Origin: Torpedo marmorata
Lineage: Eukaryota
NCBI GenBank assembly: GCA_977017645.1
Contig: OZ360220.1
Coordinates: 138,694,001 to 138,758,000, forward strand
DNA length: 64,000 bases
Direction of reading: 5' to 3'
The position numbers and the translations under genes are program-made. Shown here piece by piece: positions 38,070-51,750 of this stretch (its first letter is position 1; every line of letters starts with the position of its first letter). The notes below the pieces were generated by a model. It did not search any database and was not told the origin of the DNA. It saw only the letters and a list, made by a program, of their open reading frames with translations.

Positions 38070-38263
38070 CTGTTGAGCAGTAGGTCCAACACTTGTTTGG
38101 TTGATGCAAAGGCCCGGTAAGTGCAGAGGAAGATGGTGACGTAGGTGGAGTCGTTGCCTTTAAAGGCCGATACCAGGTACTCCACAAGTTTCTCCAGGGT
38201 CCCGGCCTTGATGGTCCGCACTTTGCACGTTTCGTACAGGTTCATGGCAGACTCACTCTCCAC
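38070..38263 (-). CDS. RALGDS: RALGDS exon 3 (REM domain)
   Basis: VESESAMNLYETCKVRTIKAGTLEKLVEYLV...LDLLLN(R); 194 nt, AG/GT boundaries. Confidence 0.95.
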
Positions 38264-39653
38264 CTGTTGAGAAGAAGGAGAGGTTTGTCATGGTGACCCA
38301 GGGTTAGAAGTGTTATAGACTGTGGACAGAGCATTCTGCACAAATGAGGTAACTCAACGCTCCGTTCTCATTGCTGTTGAAATGGTCTGGGACAATGCAA
38401 GCTTCCTGCCCTTTGCTGCTTGGCATTACATAAGCAACAAAACATCATTAAATACAGCTCCTGTTCTGACTCAGGCAAATTTACCCAGGGAGTGGCTGAG
38501 TAACACAAGACAGCAGCTGTTCAAATGTGTAGAGAGGACCAAGCTCAAAGGACAAGATAGAGAGTATTTCAAGCTGTTTCAGGGCCAGTGAAGTGCACCA
38601 CTGAAGTAACATCAGAAGCGCGGCAGCCAAGATGTGCACATCAAACTTGATAACCAGGCATACTGCAACATGAAGATAAGCAAGGAAATTAAGTATAGAA
38701 ATAGCTGGAAGCATCCAGTCTTCAGGGAACAGTTGTGGAGTGAGTAACAGGCGTTAATGTCTTATGTAATCAAAAAGCAAAAAAACTGCAGATGTAGGAT
38801 AGCTGAAATAAACTTGTGGAAATGCTCAGCAGGTCAGGCAGCATCTATGGAGAGAGAGAGAAGCTGAGTTAGTCCTTCAGGCCAGTGCAGAAGACTGACC
38901 TACAAGGAGAAAAAGATAGAAAGTAGGCAAGTTTCAGACTGGAGAAAAGGGGGAAGAGTTGAGAAAATAAACAGAATGCCTGCATTGGGGTGGAGACCAA
39001 AACCGAGTGTTGCTGGCTGAGAGAGGGTGACGAAGGCCGATTCATCGCAGTGGATCTGTCCAGAGGAAATATAAATAGATGGAAATAAATGGTGTGACGT
39101 AGGAAATGCAGCATCCATCTATGTGCACGGAAGCTTCACACGCAGGAGTGAGACAAATGATCGGACAATTCAAATAATGTGGAGCAAAAAAAAAAAAAAA
39201 AAAAAAAAAATCAAACTGCTGGAGGAACTCAGAAGGTCGAGCAGCATCTAAAAGGAAAGATTCCTTCCCTCTGACAAATTCCTCCAGCAGTTTCTTTCTT
39301 TCTCATGGTGCTGGTTGGGGATAGAAATTGGCCTAAATACCATTCAGATCTCCTTCACTTTGCTCCAGTTCTCAGCCAGATATTATGAAAGAGCAGACAG
39401 TGTGTTGGTGTAACATCTCATCCAAAAGATAATACCTCCAGAAGTGTAGTACTGTTTTGGTGCCTCACTAGAGAATCAGGCCTTAAACCTTAGTTTTTAT
39501 TATTTTATACTTAGATTGACCTTTCAGGCTATCAGGTCTGTGCTAGCTACCATTAGTCCTAGTTCCCCTCTCCTTATTTCCGCAAACACATGCCCATCAA
39601 CAACTAATTCCTTCCCCAGTAATTTACACTAAGGGGCAATTTAAAGTAACCAA

Positions 39654-39900
39654 GGACAGCACAGTTAGTGTAGCGGTTTGTGCAATGCTATTACAGCACC
39701 AGCGACCCAGGTTTGAACCCGCCACTGTCTGCAAGGAGTTTGTACGTTCTCTGTGTCTGAGTGAGTTTCCTCCAGATGCTCCGGTATCCTCCCACCCTCC
39801 ATAAACATACAGGGGTTGTAGATTAATTGGTGTATTTGGGGTTCACAGGCTCGTGGGCCAGAAGGACCCGTTACTGTGCTGTATGTTTAAATGTAAAAAA
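39654..39900 (+). mobile_element. V-SINE
   Basis: tRNA head, V-domain and tail. Confidence 0.85.
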
Positions 39901-40009
39901 AATTCAATCAATCCCCCTGCACATCTTTGGAATGGGGAAAGAAACTGGAGCAAATGCACAAGAGCGTAAAGACTGAAGTTTAGGAATGACAGCACCCATA
40001 GTCAGGATT

Positions 40010-40188
40010 AAACATGGCGCTGCCAAAATATACCAATTAACCTACAAGCCCTGTAAGTTTTGGAGGGTGGGAGGAAACTAGAGCATCCAGAGGAAATCCA
40101 CGTGCTCATGGATAGAACATACAAAGTCCTTACAGACAGCACCGAATTTGAACCTGGGTTGCTGGCGCTGTAATCGCGTTGTGCTGCC
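40010..40188 (-). mobile_element. V-SINE
   Basis: Reverse V-domain and B box. Confidence 0.8.
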
Positions 40189-40320
40189 ACTCATATTTCA
40201 TTTATTTCAAACTGCACTAATAACAGCCTTTAGAGGGTACTGACAGGAATTAGAGGAAGGGAAGAATTCTTTCCTGCTGTTGTGGGATTTTGGGCAGTGA
40301 TGCGTTCGATCGCTGCTTAC

Positions 40321-40431
40321 CCCGAGCCATCGCTGTCCTTTGCTTGCAGCATGGTGCACCTGCACTCTCCTCAGCGTTATTGTATAGATGGCGCCATCTT
40401 CTGTTTCCTCGCCAATCTCCTGCGCTGCGCT
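40321..40431 (-). CDS. RALGDS: RALGDS exon 2
   Basis: tttacag|SAAQEIGEETEDGAIYTITLRRVQVHHAASKGQRWLG|gtaagc; 111 nt. Confidence 0.94.
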
Positions 40432-41656
40432 CTGTAAAAGGAAATTAAGCAGTGAGTATGGTGCCCGACATAACCAATGGGGCAGCCCATGTGATTAGAA
40501 ACAGGGCATGCTGCACTCAGCAGCTCAGGCTGAACCTGTGGAGAGAGAAGCAGAGATAGCACTTTGTGGTGAAGATCAAACCAGAGATGCTGCCCGATCT
40601 GCTGAGTATCTCCAGCACTTTGTTTTTGTTTCAGTTTTCCAGCATCTGCAGTCAAAATCTTCAGGTGTCCACATGTGGCTTGGGGATGGTGGGGCTTGCA
40701 GTGACCCCAAGTTTGGTCCCAAGTCTCCAGAGCCTCAGCTAGTTGCAACAAATTATGAAAGACACAGGATAGAATTTACAGAGCTCCCTACGGTGTTGAG
40801 GAGCACCCATGGAGAACCCTGTCTAAGACAAGACCATTTGTGTTCTAGCTCTTTGCTTATCCAATCAGACCAAGGAACAAAATCCCATGGAGCTTGTCCA
40901 GGTTTTGCATCTGTCCTGGAGATTGGAGAGCAGAGTTATTTTTCTAATGATTTATTTTGAGAGTAAAGTTTGCAAATCCATTGTCGATGAACCTGGCAGT
41001 GAGTTTGCTTACAATACATCAACAAATAACCTCAATCATTGCATCAATCCAAGTTTTTTTGTTTACATTAAGATCAGCCTCCACTTGTAGCAAAGAGAGT
41101 GCTTAAACCAGGGCACTTCCCCACAGAGATTTTGCGTCAGCTGTACCAAGCTTCAGACCCTCCCTCAGCACATAATCCTGCATGGAATGTGCCAGTTGAC
41201 AACACTTCATTGCAGACAGCTCCCCACAACTGAAGACCAGCAGGCACCGTGCATCTTTCACGGAGTGCATGATCATCCGGCAGCAGTTAGTCTTTGTCCG
41301 TGTGCACGGCTCCAGGAACAGTCCACAGGGCAAGGAGCTGTAGCTTTGGGATGAACCTCAAAGGCCACTGCTTCTCCTTGCAGACATCCTTGGAAAAACG
41401 CACATTATGGGAGACAGATGACAATCTCATCCCCAAAATGGCCACCTTCAAGGGCGGGAAGTGGTGGTGCAGAGATTCAGGCAATGCTGACTGCTGTACT
41501 GGCAGCTGGGCCAAGAGCTTTCAGGAGAGATGGGAGTACATTGCAAAAGGACTGTTTAAACAATTCTTACACAATGTGGTGAACAACCAACAAGATCCAG
41601 TCTGACACTCTGTTCTCTGAGCAAGCAGAAGAGGAACACAAAAGCTGCAGATGATG

Positions 41657-42062
41657 TAATCAGAATCAGAATCAGAATCAGAATTTATTGTCATGAACAA
41701 GTCATGAAATTCGGTGCTTTGCGGCAGCATCATAGTGCAATTAACATTCATATTTACCATTCTAACGACATTACTATATAAAATTATAAACAATAGTGCA
41801 CTAGTGTCTTTGGTTCATTGATTGTTCAGGAATCTGATGGCAGCGGGGAAGAAGCTGACCTTGTGCCGTTGAGTGCTCGTCTTTAGGCTCCTGTACCTTT
41901 TCCCCGATGGAAGCAGCGTGAAGAGGGCATGGCCTGGGTGGTGGGGGTCCTTGAGGATAGAGGCTGCTTTATTAAGACATCGCCTCATGTAGATGTCCTC
42001 GATGGAGTGAAGTTTGGTGCCCGTGATGTCACAAGCCGAGGTAACAACCTTCTGGAGTTTAA
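41657..42062 (-). mobile_element. Rex1/Babar-like LINE 3' fragment
   Basis: Near-identical to 36742-37113, with an (ATTCTG)n tail. Confidence 0.85.
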
Positions 42063-44276
42063 TCTTGAGCAAATAAAGAATTACTGGGGGAACTCAGCAA
42101 GTCAGATAGCATCCATGGTTAGAAATAGTCAGTCAACCTTTCATGTCAAAACCCTTTATCAAAATGAAGATAAAATAGGTGAAACAGAAGAGGCTGAGCA
42201 TTAACTTAGAAGAGGAGATAGCCTACCATGGCCAATAAAAAGGCTTCATAAAAATTCTCCACATCTCCTACCTTCTGTCCAATACCTCAGCCTCTTCCCC
42301 CTTCTTCCTCACTGCCCCTGATCTACTGGATATCACTCCTTCCTATTTTAGACTCGATAAAGGGTCCCAAATATTGACTGACCATTTCTCCCCACGATGC
42401 TGCCTGACCTGCTGAGATCCTCCAGCTTCTCATTGTTTCCTCAAGATTCTAGCATCTGCAATTTTTGTATTTCTCCATAACAAATGTGTTCAGCATTACC
42501 TCTCCTGCTGACTTAACAAGGTGGTTTCTGGGTAATTAGAATGTCCCCTATCATGTGACTTTCCCTCAGCATTAATGAACAGTGAGGCAGCAACAGGGAA
42601 GTCGAGAGTGCATTGCCATGGTGACGCAGGAATAATATTTCTCAAGATATTCCAATTAAAAGCCTGCTGTTGCAGACAAATTGAGTTTGACAACTCATCT
42701 ATAATAGTTAATGCTGCAAAAAGAAAACTTCAGAAGTGACCTTCTTGAAGGTTTAAAGGATATTAAACAAACTGATTAAAAATTGACCCAAGCAAATTAG
42801 TTGCTCTGGGAACAGCTTCCAAATGCCAGAGAGATCTTGCCCATAATCAGGTGTGAGCTACTGACATTTCATATTCCTAGCATGAAGGAAATTTCCTCGG
42901 TGCTGGTTCAATGTTAGGACATACAAGTAATTAGCAGATCTCAGCCTGGTAACCCACAGGATCCTCGTTATGGTCAGTCCAGAGAATAGCAAGAAAGGGC
43001 AGTCTCAGGATTGACAATCGTCAACAGGCCTGTGCGATATAAAGGTCACTAACTGAAACTGGCCACCTGGATGACACTCAAGATCCACCATGGAACAGTG
43101 TAGGATGAAAGTTGCCAACTCTGATTGAACATACTCCTGGAGGTTTGATCACATGACCCCACTGGCTCTGACATTTTGTGCAATGTCAGAGCAATACAAC
43201 ATGGAAACAGGTCCTTTGGCCCAACTTGTCCATGCTGACCAAGTTGTAATTAAGACTTTATCTCCCTTTTTTAAAAAAGCTAATTAACAGACATTCAAAG
43301 AAGCTCCGAATACCACCCAAACCTTGACCAGAAACTAGTCTTGAACCATCAAAAGATCCATTTGTACTCTTGAAATGTCACTTTTTTTTTAAACATTAAC
43401 TGCAACCATGAATATTTATATATCTACCCTTTATATTTATGATCTCTTTTTTTCTCTTGGCGTGTTTTGGTCATTTAATGTACACCATTGTAATTGGTGC
43501 ATCTTGCGTACCTGTTTGGCTGCCGCAAGTAAGACTTTCTGTGCAAGTGTATATTGCACTTGTACAATGAACTCTCACAGAAAAGGAGTTTTCTTTTAAA
43601 AAAAGCAACAATTTTACTTTGCCAATTGCTCACGTTCTGTCAAATGAATTATTTTACAGAAAATTCCTCCAAAGTAAACTAGATGCACATTAGCTCGTCC
43701 AAATGTGAGCAATTATAGTCGTATATTACAATCCAATAATACGCACTCTTAATTTTATAATGAAATAACCACAGAGGCTCTTTTTCTACCTCTGTGTGGA
43801 GGGGATGACCATCCCCACAGGTGCTTTGCAGAGACAACACCTCTCCAGTGCATTCAACTGGTCTTTGGAATGAGCCGTTCTACAACCATTGTATGTGGTT
43901 TGTTCCATTTGTTGGAGACTGCTGTCCAAGGGATTTATCCTTTAGTTCCTCAAACAGACACCAGCTCAAGAGGCTGTCAACTCTCAGGAGGAGCCAGTCC
44001 TGTGATCGTTTCTCAAGTACCATTGTCAACAGCGGGAACAGGGCTGTGACCAATAAGCAAGTGGGAATCAATAGGTACTGAAACCTATTCAAATAAACTA
44101 TTATGAATTAGTCTTTTGTCATTCATTACATGCACCTGGTAGCATGATTATAATAAGGGACTACCTACAAATCCCAAAGTAATGGGAAGTCACATTTCAC
44201 ACATTTAGTGCTACATCAAATGATGAATGTTCATATTTAAGCTTTTCTATGTGTGTGTGTTTCAAATTTTGTGGTA

Positions 44277-47200
44277 AGTGACGAATGTGCTATGATTAAT
44301 CTTTAGTTTAATGTTAAAACTGTATTTCATCTTGAGATGGCTTAGTAAGTTAGTTTTGGGTGGTTTCAGGGGCACAAAGACAACACATTTGCATTTTAAA
44401 CACACATGGTTCTTTGAGATGGCAGATAGCCATTTGCAGAGACAGAATGTCTGCTGATTGCAGTTGAAGCCAAGAGATGAAAGGCTTTATGATGGTTCTT
44501 GAGATACTGAAAACAATAGGTGTTGGCTCAAAAGCACCTGTGTAAATGCAGATCCATTCTGTGTCCACGTGGATAGACATCACGGAGTCTAAGTGGAATG
44601 AGATGCTTTTAGCACATAAGTGTGAAGAAGACATTATGAACTTCAAAGACAGAAATGATGTCATATACCATGTGACATGAGAGATGTGCAAGAAATATAT
44701 TATCGAACTCAAGAGACAAAGGTCAGTTTAAGAAAATGTGACATCCTGGGAAGACAGGATTGGAGCAGTAATCTCTGGAAAGAGAGGGAGATGCTGTTGT
44801 CTGGTATCATCCTTATCATAGGAGATACACAACATAAGTGACTTTTAAAGAAGTAAGACCACTTCCGACTGCCTCTAAGGAAAGAGGGCAGCCTTGTGTG
44901 TTACTTTTGATTAAGAAAGAAATCATTGTGGAAAACAGACTCCGGAACTCTTAGGCAAGATAAGAGGGAGTTTGTGAAATCTCTCGCATGAAGAAGTATA
45001 TCTCTGAAAGACGTGTGAGTTTAAAAGATCCGAAGACATGACATGTAAAAGCGCCTCAATTAATTCTGAACTAGGGGAAGATGGTTTCCCATCAGAATTT
45101 TATAAGGAATTTAAAGATTTATTGATACCTCCATATATGGATGTGTTGAAACAAATAACGGAAACTCATTCATTACCGGATACATTTTCAAATGCAATAA
45201 TTACAGTTATACCTAAAAAAGATAGAGATGTGTTGAAAACAGAATCATATAGACCAATTTCATTGTTAAATGTGGATTATAAGATAATGGCAAAAATTTT
45301 AACAAATCTAGTGGCTAATTATTTACCAGATTTAATCCATGTAGATCAAGATGGTTTTATTAAAAATAGATATTCAAAGGATAATATAGCTAGATTAATT
45401 AGTTTAATTAATGTGGATAAAAAGAAGGATGATTTAGCATTAGTATTAACGTTAGATGCTGAAAAGGCTTTTGATAGATTAGAGTGGAATTATTTATTTA
45501 AGGTATTGGAGAAATTTGGTTTTGGAACTACATTTATTAATTGGATTAAAACTATATATAAAGAACCATCTGCTAAAGTCGTTACAAATGGACAAATTTC
45601 TTCAAAATTTCCTTTGACTAGGTCAACTAGACAAGGATGTCCTTTGTCACCAGCATTGTTTACTTTAGCAATAGAACCCTTGGCAGAATTAATTAGACAA
45701 GATATTAAGATTGCAGGTATTAAAGTTGGAAGAGAAGAGCATAAAATTACCGGTAGTTTATTTGCAGATGATGTATTGATTTATATGACAAAACCTATTA
45801 CTTCTTTAATACAATTGACTGCTTTATTGAGAGAATACGGGGAAATATCTGGCTATAAGATTAATTCTGACAAAAGTGAAATTATGGCATTAACGCAAGG
45901 GGATTATAGTAAATGAAAATAAATTACACAATTTAAATGGGCAAAAGAAGGAATTAAATATTTGGGAATAAAGATTGATACAAAATTAGCTAATTTATAT
46001 AAATTAAATTATTTACCATTATTTATGAAAATTAAAAAAGATTTAGAGAGTTGGAAGGATTTACCTATAACTTTAATGGGAAGGGTAAATTGTATCAAAA
46101 TGAATGTTTTTCCAAGAATTCAATATCTTTTTCAATCAATTCCTTATGAAATCCCTCAAAAATGTTTTAAAGATTTAAATTTAATTATTAGAAGTTTTTG
46201 TGGAAAGGAAAGTTGGCTAGAGTAGGTATAGAGAAATTAACTTGGAATTTTGAAATGGGTGGTTTACAACTTCCTAATTTTCAAAATTATTATAAAGCAG
46301 CTCAACTAAAATTTGTTAATGAATTTTTTGATTTAACGAAGTCTTCTGCTTGGATTAGAATAGAATTAAATAATACAGGAGAAGATTTGAAAGAAGAAGT
46401 TATTTATAAATGGAATTCTAAATTAATATTAACAAGAAGGAAGAACTCTCCTATTTTTAAACATTTGTTAGAAATATGGAATAGAGTGGATAGGGAAATA
46501 GGAGGAAAAGGGTTGATTTCTCCAAAAATGCCTCTATATCAAAATGAACTTATTCCATTTACTGTCGATAATCAATTATTTAAAATTTGGTTTCAAAAAG
46601 GAATTAAGAAAATAAACGACTGCTTTGAAGCTGGTAAATTTATTACTTTTCAAAGAATGAAACATAAGTTCAATATATTGGATAATACACATTTTGCTTA
46701 TTATCAAATTAGAGCATTTTTAGTTGGGAAATTAGGTTATAATTTGATTCTACCAAGACAGAGTGAGTTAGAATTATTAGTTACTAACGGGGGTGTAAAT
46801 AAATTTATTTCCCAAATGTATAGATTGTTTCAGAGAAAAATCCCTAAAGTAGGAATTCATAAATCAAGATTAAAATGGGAATTAGATTTGAATGTAACAA
46901 TAGATGAAGATCATTGGAAAGAACTATGTAAATTAAGTATGACAAAGATTATTAATGTTAGGTATAGATTAGTTCAATATAATTTTTTTCATCAATTATA
47001 TTTAACACCTAAAAAGTTAAAGAAATTTAACGTGACATTATCAGGCTTATGTTTTAGATGTAATAGAGAGGAAGGTTCTTTTGTACATTCTACATGGTTC
47101 TGTCCAAAAGTTTATGATTTTTGGTTGAAAGTTAAAAAAATTTGAGATAAAGTATTAAAAATTATATTCCCAATGGACCCTATGATATTTTTGTTTGGAG

Positions 47201-47976
47201 ATATTAAAAGAGTTAGTATTAAGATGAAATTAAATATGTATCAAATAGAATTTTTGCGAATCGCTTTAGCTGTTTCTAAGAAATGTATTGCTATTACTTG
47301 GAAATCTGATGTAGATTTAGGGTTAGAAAGATGGCATGCAGAACTTCGTTCTTGTATACCACTTGAAAAAATTACTTATAATTTACGTAATAAATATCAT
47401 TTCTTTTTGAAAATATGGAGCCCTTATATGAAGGTTGTTGGTTTAAGGATTTGAAGATCTCTGGACATTGGATCTGACTGGTGAACCTATACTCCATAAT
47501 AAAATTAGTTATTGATGTATTTTTTAGATTGACATTCTCCTAATACTATCTTTTTCTTTATTTATTTCTTTTTATTTTTATTAGATTAGAAGGGGTCGGA
47601 GGGTTAGGGAGGGGAGGGAGGCGGGGGGGTGAAAATGTATCACATGTATTTTGACAATTTTATCTTATGTATTTTGTGATTTAAAATTTTAAATAAAATA
47701 TTTTTAAAAAATTAATTCTGAACTGCGATTTAAAGAATCTTCAAGCAACACAATGTTGAAGTTTAAAATGGACTTTTCAGACTCAAGTTTAAACTGAAAT
47801 AGTTTGGACTTTAACACACACACATTTACATTTGCGCATAGTGGGGTTTAAGTTAGAGTTAAGTTTAGAGTTAAGTAAGAAATGTTATGTTATTAATAGT
47901 TTAATAAAAACTATTATTTTTAATTTTCCATTGCTGTTCCTTTGTTATTACTAGCAAGGTTTGTTAGTTCGTAACA
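44277..47976 (+). mobile_element. Solo Gypsy-type LTR split by an L1
   Basis: Reverse-complement homolog of 33361-34430; exact TSD GGTA at 44273-44276 and 47977-47980. Confidence 0.9.
45073..47709 (+). mobile_element. L1 LINE, 5'-truncated, disrupted ORF2 (RT and Cys-rich domain)
   Basis: GEDGFP, YRPISLLNVDYK, LDAEKAFD, TRQGCPLSP, LFADD, CFRC...HSTWFC; AATAAA; 15-bp TSD AATTAATTCTGAACT at 45058-45072 and 47710-47724. Confidence 0.95.
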
Positions 47977-48720
47977 GGTAGAAAAGGATGAGATTTATGG
48001 ATGATCCCTAAGATGACCAGAGAGCTCTCTTGTGCTTTTATTCATGCTAAACTAAGGTGCTGTTAAGGTTAACATTCATTGCCCATACCCCAGTTGCCAT
48101 GTCATGGTTGTGCCAGCGACTTTAGTCCCACGTGGTATAGACAGCAGGTTTGGAACGTGCTATTGAAGAAGCCTCAGCAAATAACTGAAGCTCCCACTAC
48201 AGTCACAGTGCACTGACAGTGGAGCGAATTAATGTTTAGAGTGGCTGATGGGGTCAAAATCAAGTGGTTGCTTTGTGGATGGTGATATGAACTGCACTTA
48301 TCCAGGCAAGTAGAGAGTTTTCTGTCACACTATTTAATCATGCCTGTAAGTTGCTGGAGGTGAAGTAGGGAAGGCTTGTCAAACATTAACGAGCCATTAT
48401 GGTGTACAAGGCTTCTCCTTCAGAGTGTGCTCTCTTACATGATGCACTCAGTGAATCATTAAAATCCTCAATTTGCTGGGCCTGTGTTGAAATCAATTTC
48501 CATTTACCACCTTAAACATAAATAACTGCCTGGAGAAAGACAAAATATTACCTTCTACCTGAAATGGGCTGGATTATAAGATACCTTCAGTGATCTTGGA
48601 ACCCCTCTCAAGGCAGCATTTTAAACCTCACTGATTTTCTTTGCTCCACCACTGACAGCCTCATCTACAGCTACCCGAATTGATAGGCTAACTGGCACGT
48701 AGGGAGTCTTTGGGAATGTG

Positions 48721-48955
48721 GGGCGGCAATGTTAGCGTAGCAGTTAGTGCGACGCAATTACAGCACCAGCGACCTGGGTTCGAATCAGACACTGTCTGTA
48801 AAGAGTTTGTACGTTCTCCCAGTGTCTGCATGGGTTTTCTCTGGGTGCTCCGGTTTCCTCCCACCCTTCAAAACATATGGGGTTGTATGTTAATTTAGGT
48901 GCAATTGGGCAGCACGGGTTTAAATGGCCAGAATCGGCTTCTACTGTACTATAAA
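48721..48955 (+). mobile_element. V-SINE
   Basis: tRNA head and V-domain. Confidence 0.82.
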
Positions 48956-49659
48956 AAATTTTTTCATTGGTTCTGTGTAGAATTAGTGTAATGGTCAGCA
49001 TGGCTCAGTGGGCGAACGGGCCTATTTCCAGCCTGTACACTCTATAGTGCAAGATTGAGCTCCAGAATTCCCACCCTCCCCCCACCAAATCTACTTTCCT
49101 CCTTTAAAAGTCCTTAAAATTTGCCCCTTTGTGATCATTTACCATAATATCCCAGAGTCAGTTTTGTTTATGCTTCCAAGAGAGGCCCAATACAATTTAC
49201 TATGTTAAAGATGCCAAGTAAACACATGTGCTGCAGTTGTTATAATGTGGAAATGATCCATCCAGAGAGCCTGGTGAGTGTGTGACCTCCTGTGCTTAGT
49301 GTTCTGCTTACCTTTCAATTAAAATGGAGGTGGTGTGTAAAATCTGTCAATAATTAAAAGGGACCGACTCCTTCTTGAGATGAGTCTCTGTGCAGTATTG
49401 AGCCCAGTGTCTTTTTTTAATTTGGCTTTGTTCCAATGAAATCAAAAGTTTACTATGCAGAGTCTGAGTGGTGTGCAACAAAATCAGGAATGGATTTAGT
49501 CAGAACTTTACAATATAGCACATTAATTTAAAATATCAAAACACCTTCGCATTGTGAGATGTGTTCAAAGTCCAGCAACTGTTGAATTGGCAGATAGAAT
49601 AGACTCTTAGTGCCTGGTGTTAACCACAATTGGCGATGAGGTAAAAGATGTTGGCCAAA

Positions 49660-50530
49660 TAATTGGAAATGAGTCAGAGTACAGAATGGAGATCAGGAAT
49701 CTGGCTGGGTGGTGCCAGAACAACAATCTTGCTCTCAACATCATCAAGTCCAAGGAGCTGATTGTTGATTTCAGGTAGTAGAGGCCAAGGGACCAGGTTC
49801 TTGTCTATATTGATGGGATGAAGGTTTAGAACCTTCAAGTTCTTGGGAGTCCATATTTCAGAGGCTCTCTCCTGGAGCCAGCACATCAAGGCATCCATGA
49901 AGAAGGCACACCAACACCTCTACTTTCTAAGGAGGCTGAGATTTGGCATGTTGTTGATTACTCTATCAAACCTTTACAGGTGCACTATGGAAAGTATACT
50001 GACTAGCTGCATCACAGCCTGGTTTGGGAATTTGAATTCCCTGGAACACCAGGCTCTAGGAGGTAACAAACATAGTCAGGTCCATCACAGGCTTTGACCT
50101 CCCATACATTGATGACATCTATGTGACTCTCTGCTCAAAAAGGCAGCCAACATCATAAAGCACCCCTATCACCCTGGTCACAATGTCTTCTCACTGTAAC
50201 CTTCAAGCAGAAAGTACAAAAGCACAAAGATCAGCATATCTAGGTTCACAAACAGTTTATTTCTATTGGGATCTTGAACCTTCCCTTGTTACATCCTTTG
50301 TTAATCCTGGTCTGCTCCAACACCACAACAGGATTGTCTACACTATTGCAAAGTCACTTTTTCCTTTGCAAAGGATAACTGAATATTTATCAATTCTTTT
50401 TAATTCAATTAAATATACAATTAGAGTTTTTTCAGTTGTTTTTGTTTTACAAAGTACATATTCGGCTGCAACAAGTAATTTTGACGCATATGTACATTGT
50501 ATGATTTATGACAATAAAATCATTATCATC
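49660..50530 (+). mobile_element. Older Rex1/Babar-like LINE fragment
   Basis: KKAHQHLYFLRRL...YRCTMESILTSCITAWFG; tail ATGACAATAAA. Confidence 0.8.
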
Positions 50531-50611
50531 AAGGTCTAAACAGAACAAGGAGCCAAGGGAAAGCTCCCTCTCTTTGCCTTTGGGAATCAACAAAAAAAAT
50601 TCAGTTTAGGT

Positions 50612-51750
50612 TGTTACGAACTAACAACCTGTTAGTATTAACAAAGGAACAGCAATGGAAGATTCACCAGACAATGGTAAATTCAAAAATAGTTTTTTAT
50701 TTAAACTATTAATAACATAACATATCTTACTTATCTCTAAACTTAACTCTAACTTAAACCCCACTATGCGCAAATGTAAATGTGTGTGTATTAAAGTCCA
50801 AACTATTTCAGCTTAAACTTAAATCTGAAAAAGTCAATTTTTAAAGTTCAGTTTCCAACTTCTTTTGTTGAACTTCAGGATCCCTTTTAAATTGTAATTC
50901 AGAAGTTATTATAAAGCAAGAATGGAGCATTCGATTTCTTTCAAACTCACACGTCTTTTGATGAGTGGTCTTTCAGAGATAGTCTTCATACGAGTGTGTT
51001 CACAAGTTTCCCCCTATCTTGTTAAGGTTACGGAACTGTGATCTTCAAGATGACTTCTTTCTTAATCAGGAGTAACATACGGTGATGTCCTCTTTTCTTA
51101 GAAACAATTTGAAAGTGGTCTTACTCATTTTAAAAGCCACTTATATGGTGTATCTCCTATGATAAGGATAATACACAGAAACAGCACCTCCACCCACTTC
51201 AGAGATCACTGCTCATAAAATGATTCTGCCTTTCCAGAATAACAAAGTTCTTCAGTCTGGTGCAGTCTGGTTCAATCGAAAATGTCTCTCTCCTTCTTCA
51301 GTATATATTTCTCTGACATCATGTGACATTACATCACCTCAGTTTTAGTTTCATTTTCAAAAGCATTACCTCATGCCTTTCTTCAAAATCCCTTGCATCC
51401 ACAAAAACATCTGACCTCAACTCTGTTCCAAGATTATGTGATTACCACTCCGAATAGTCTGGCACATGTCACTCAAATAGCACTTGAGTTTGCAACAGCT
51501 GCTATCATAAGGCTTTTAAAAACCACACATTGTCCTTAAATCACTTAAATGCACTTGTTTCATTATTGGCTTTTGTCTTCATAGACGCAGCGACTCCAAA
51601 CTGAACTCTCCCTCTGAGTAATGGGTTTTTCCTGCAAATGTGCTGTGACCTGTGTGTGACCCTGTACTAGCCCACAACTAACTTTACTAAGATATATAAT
51701 TATATAACTTAACTTTAAATATTAATATTAACATTAACACATCCGTTACA
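50612..51750 (-). mobile_element. Solo Gypsy-type LTR (about 1.14 kb) in intron 1
   Basis: TGTTAC...GTTACA termini; TSD AGGT/AAGT; homologous to the 33361 copy over about 600 bp. Confidence 0.87.

Noticed and set aside
39186-39210. Poly(A) tract as a processed pseudogene tail
   Set aside because: No upstream coding homology, AATAAA or TSD; it lies among palindromic repeat remnants.
43790-44092. Alternative RALGDS first exon / 70-aa ORF
   Set aside because: The donor is weak (GAG|GTAGAA) and no ATG-initiated frame is in phase 0 with exon 2.
45038-47454. Longest ORFs in the window (292 and 315 aa) as a host gene or active element
   Set aside because: They are fragments of a 5'-truncated L1 ORF2 broken by stops and frameshifts.
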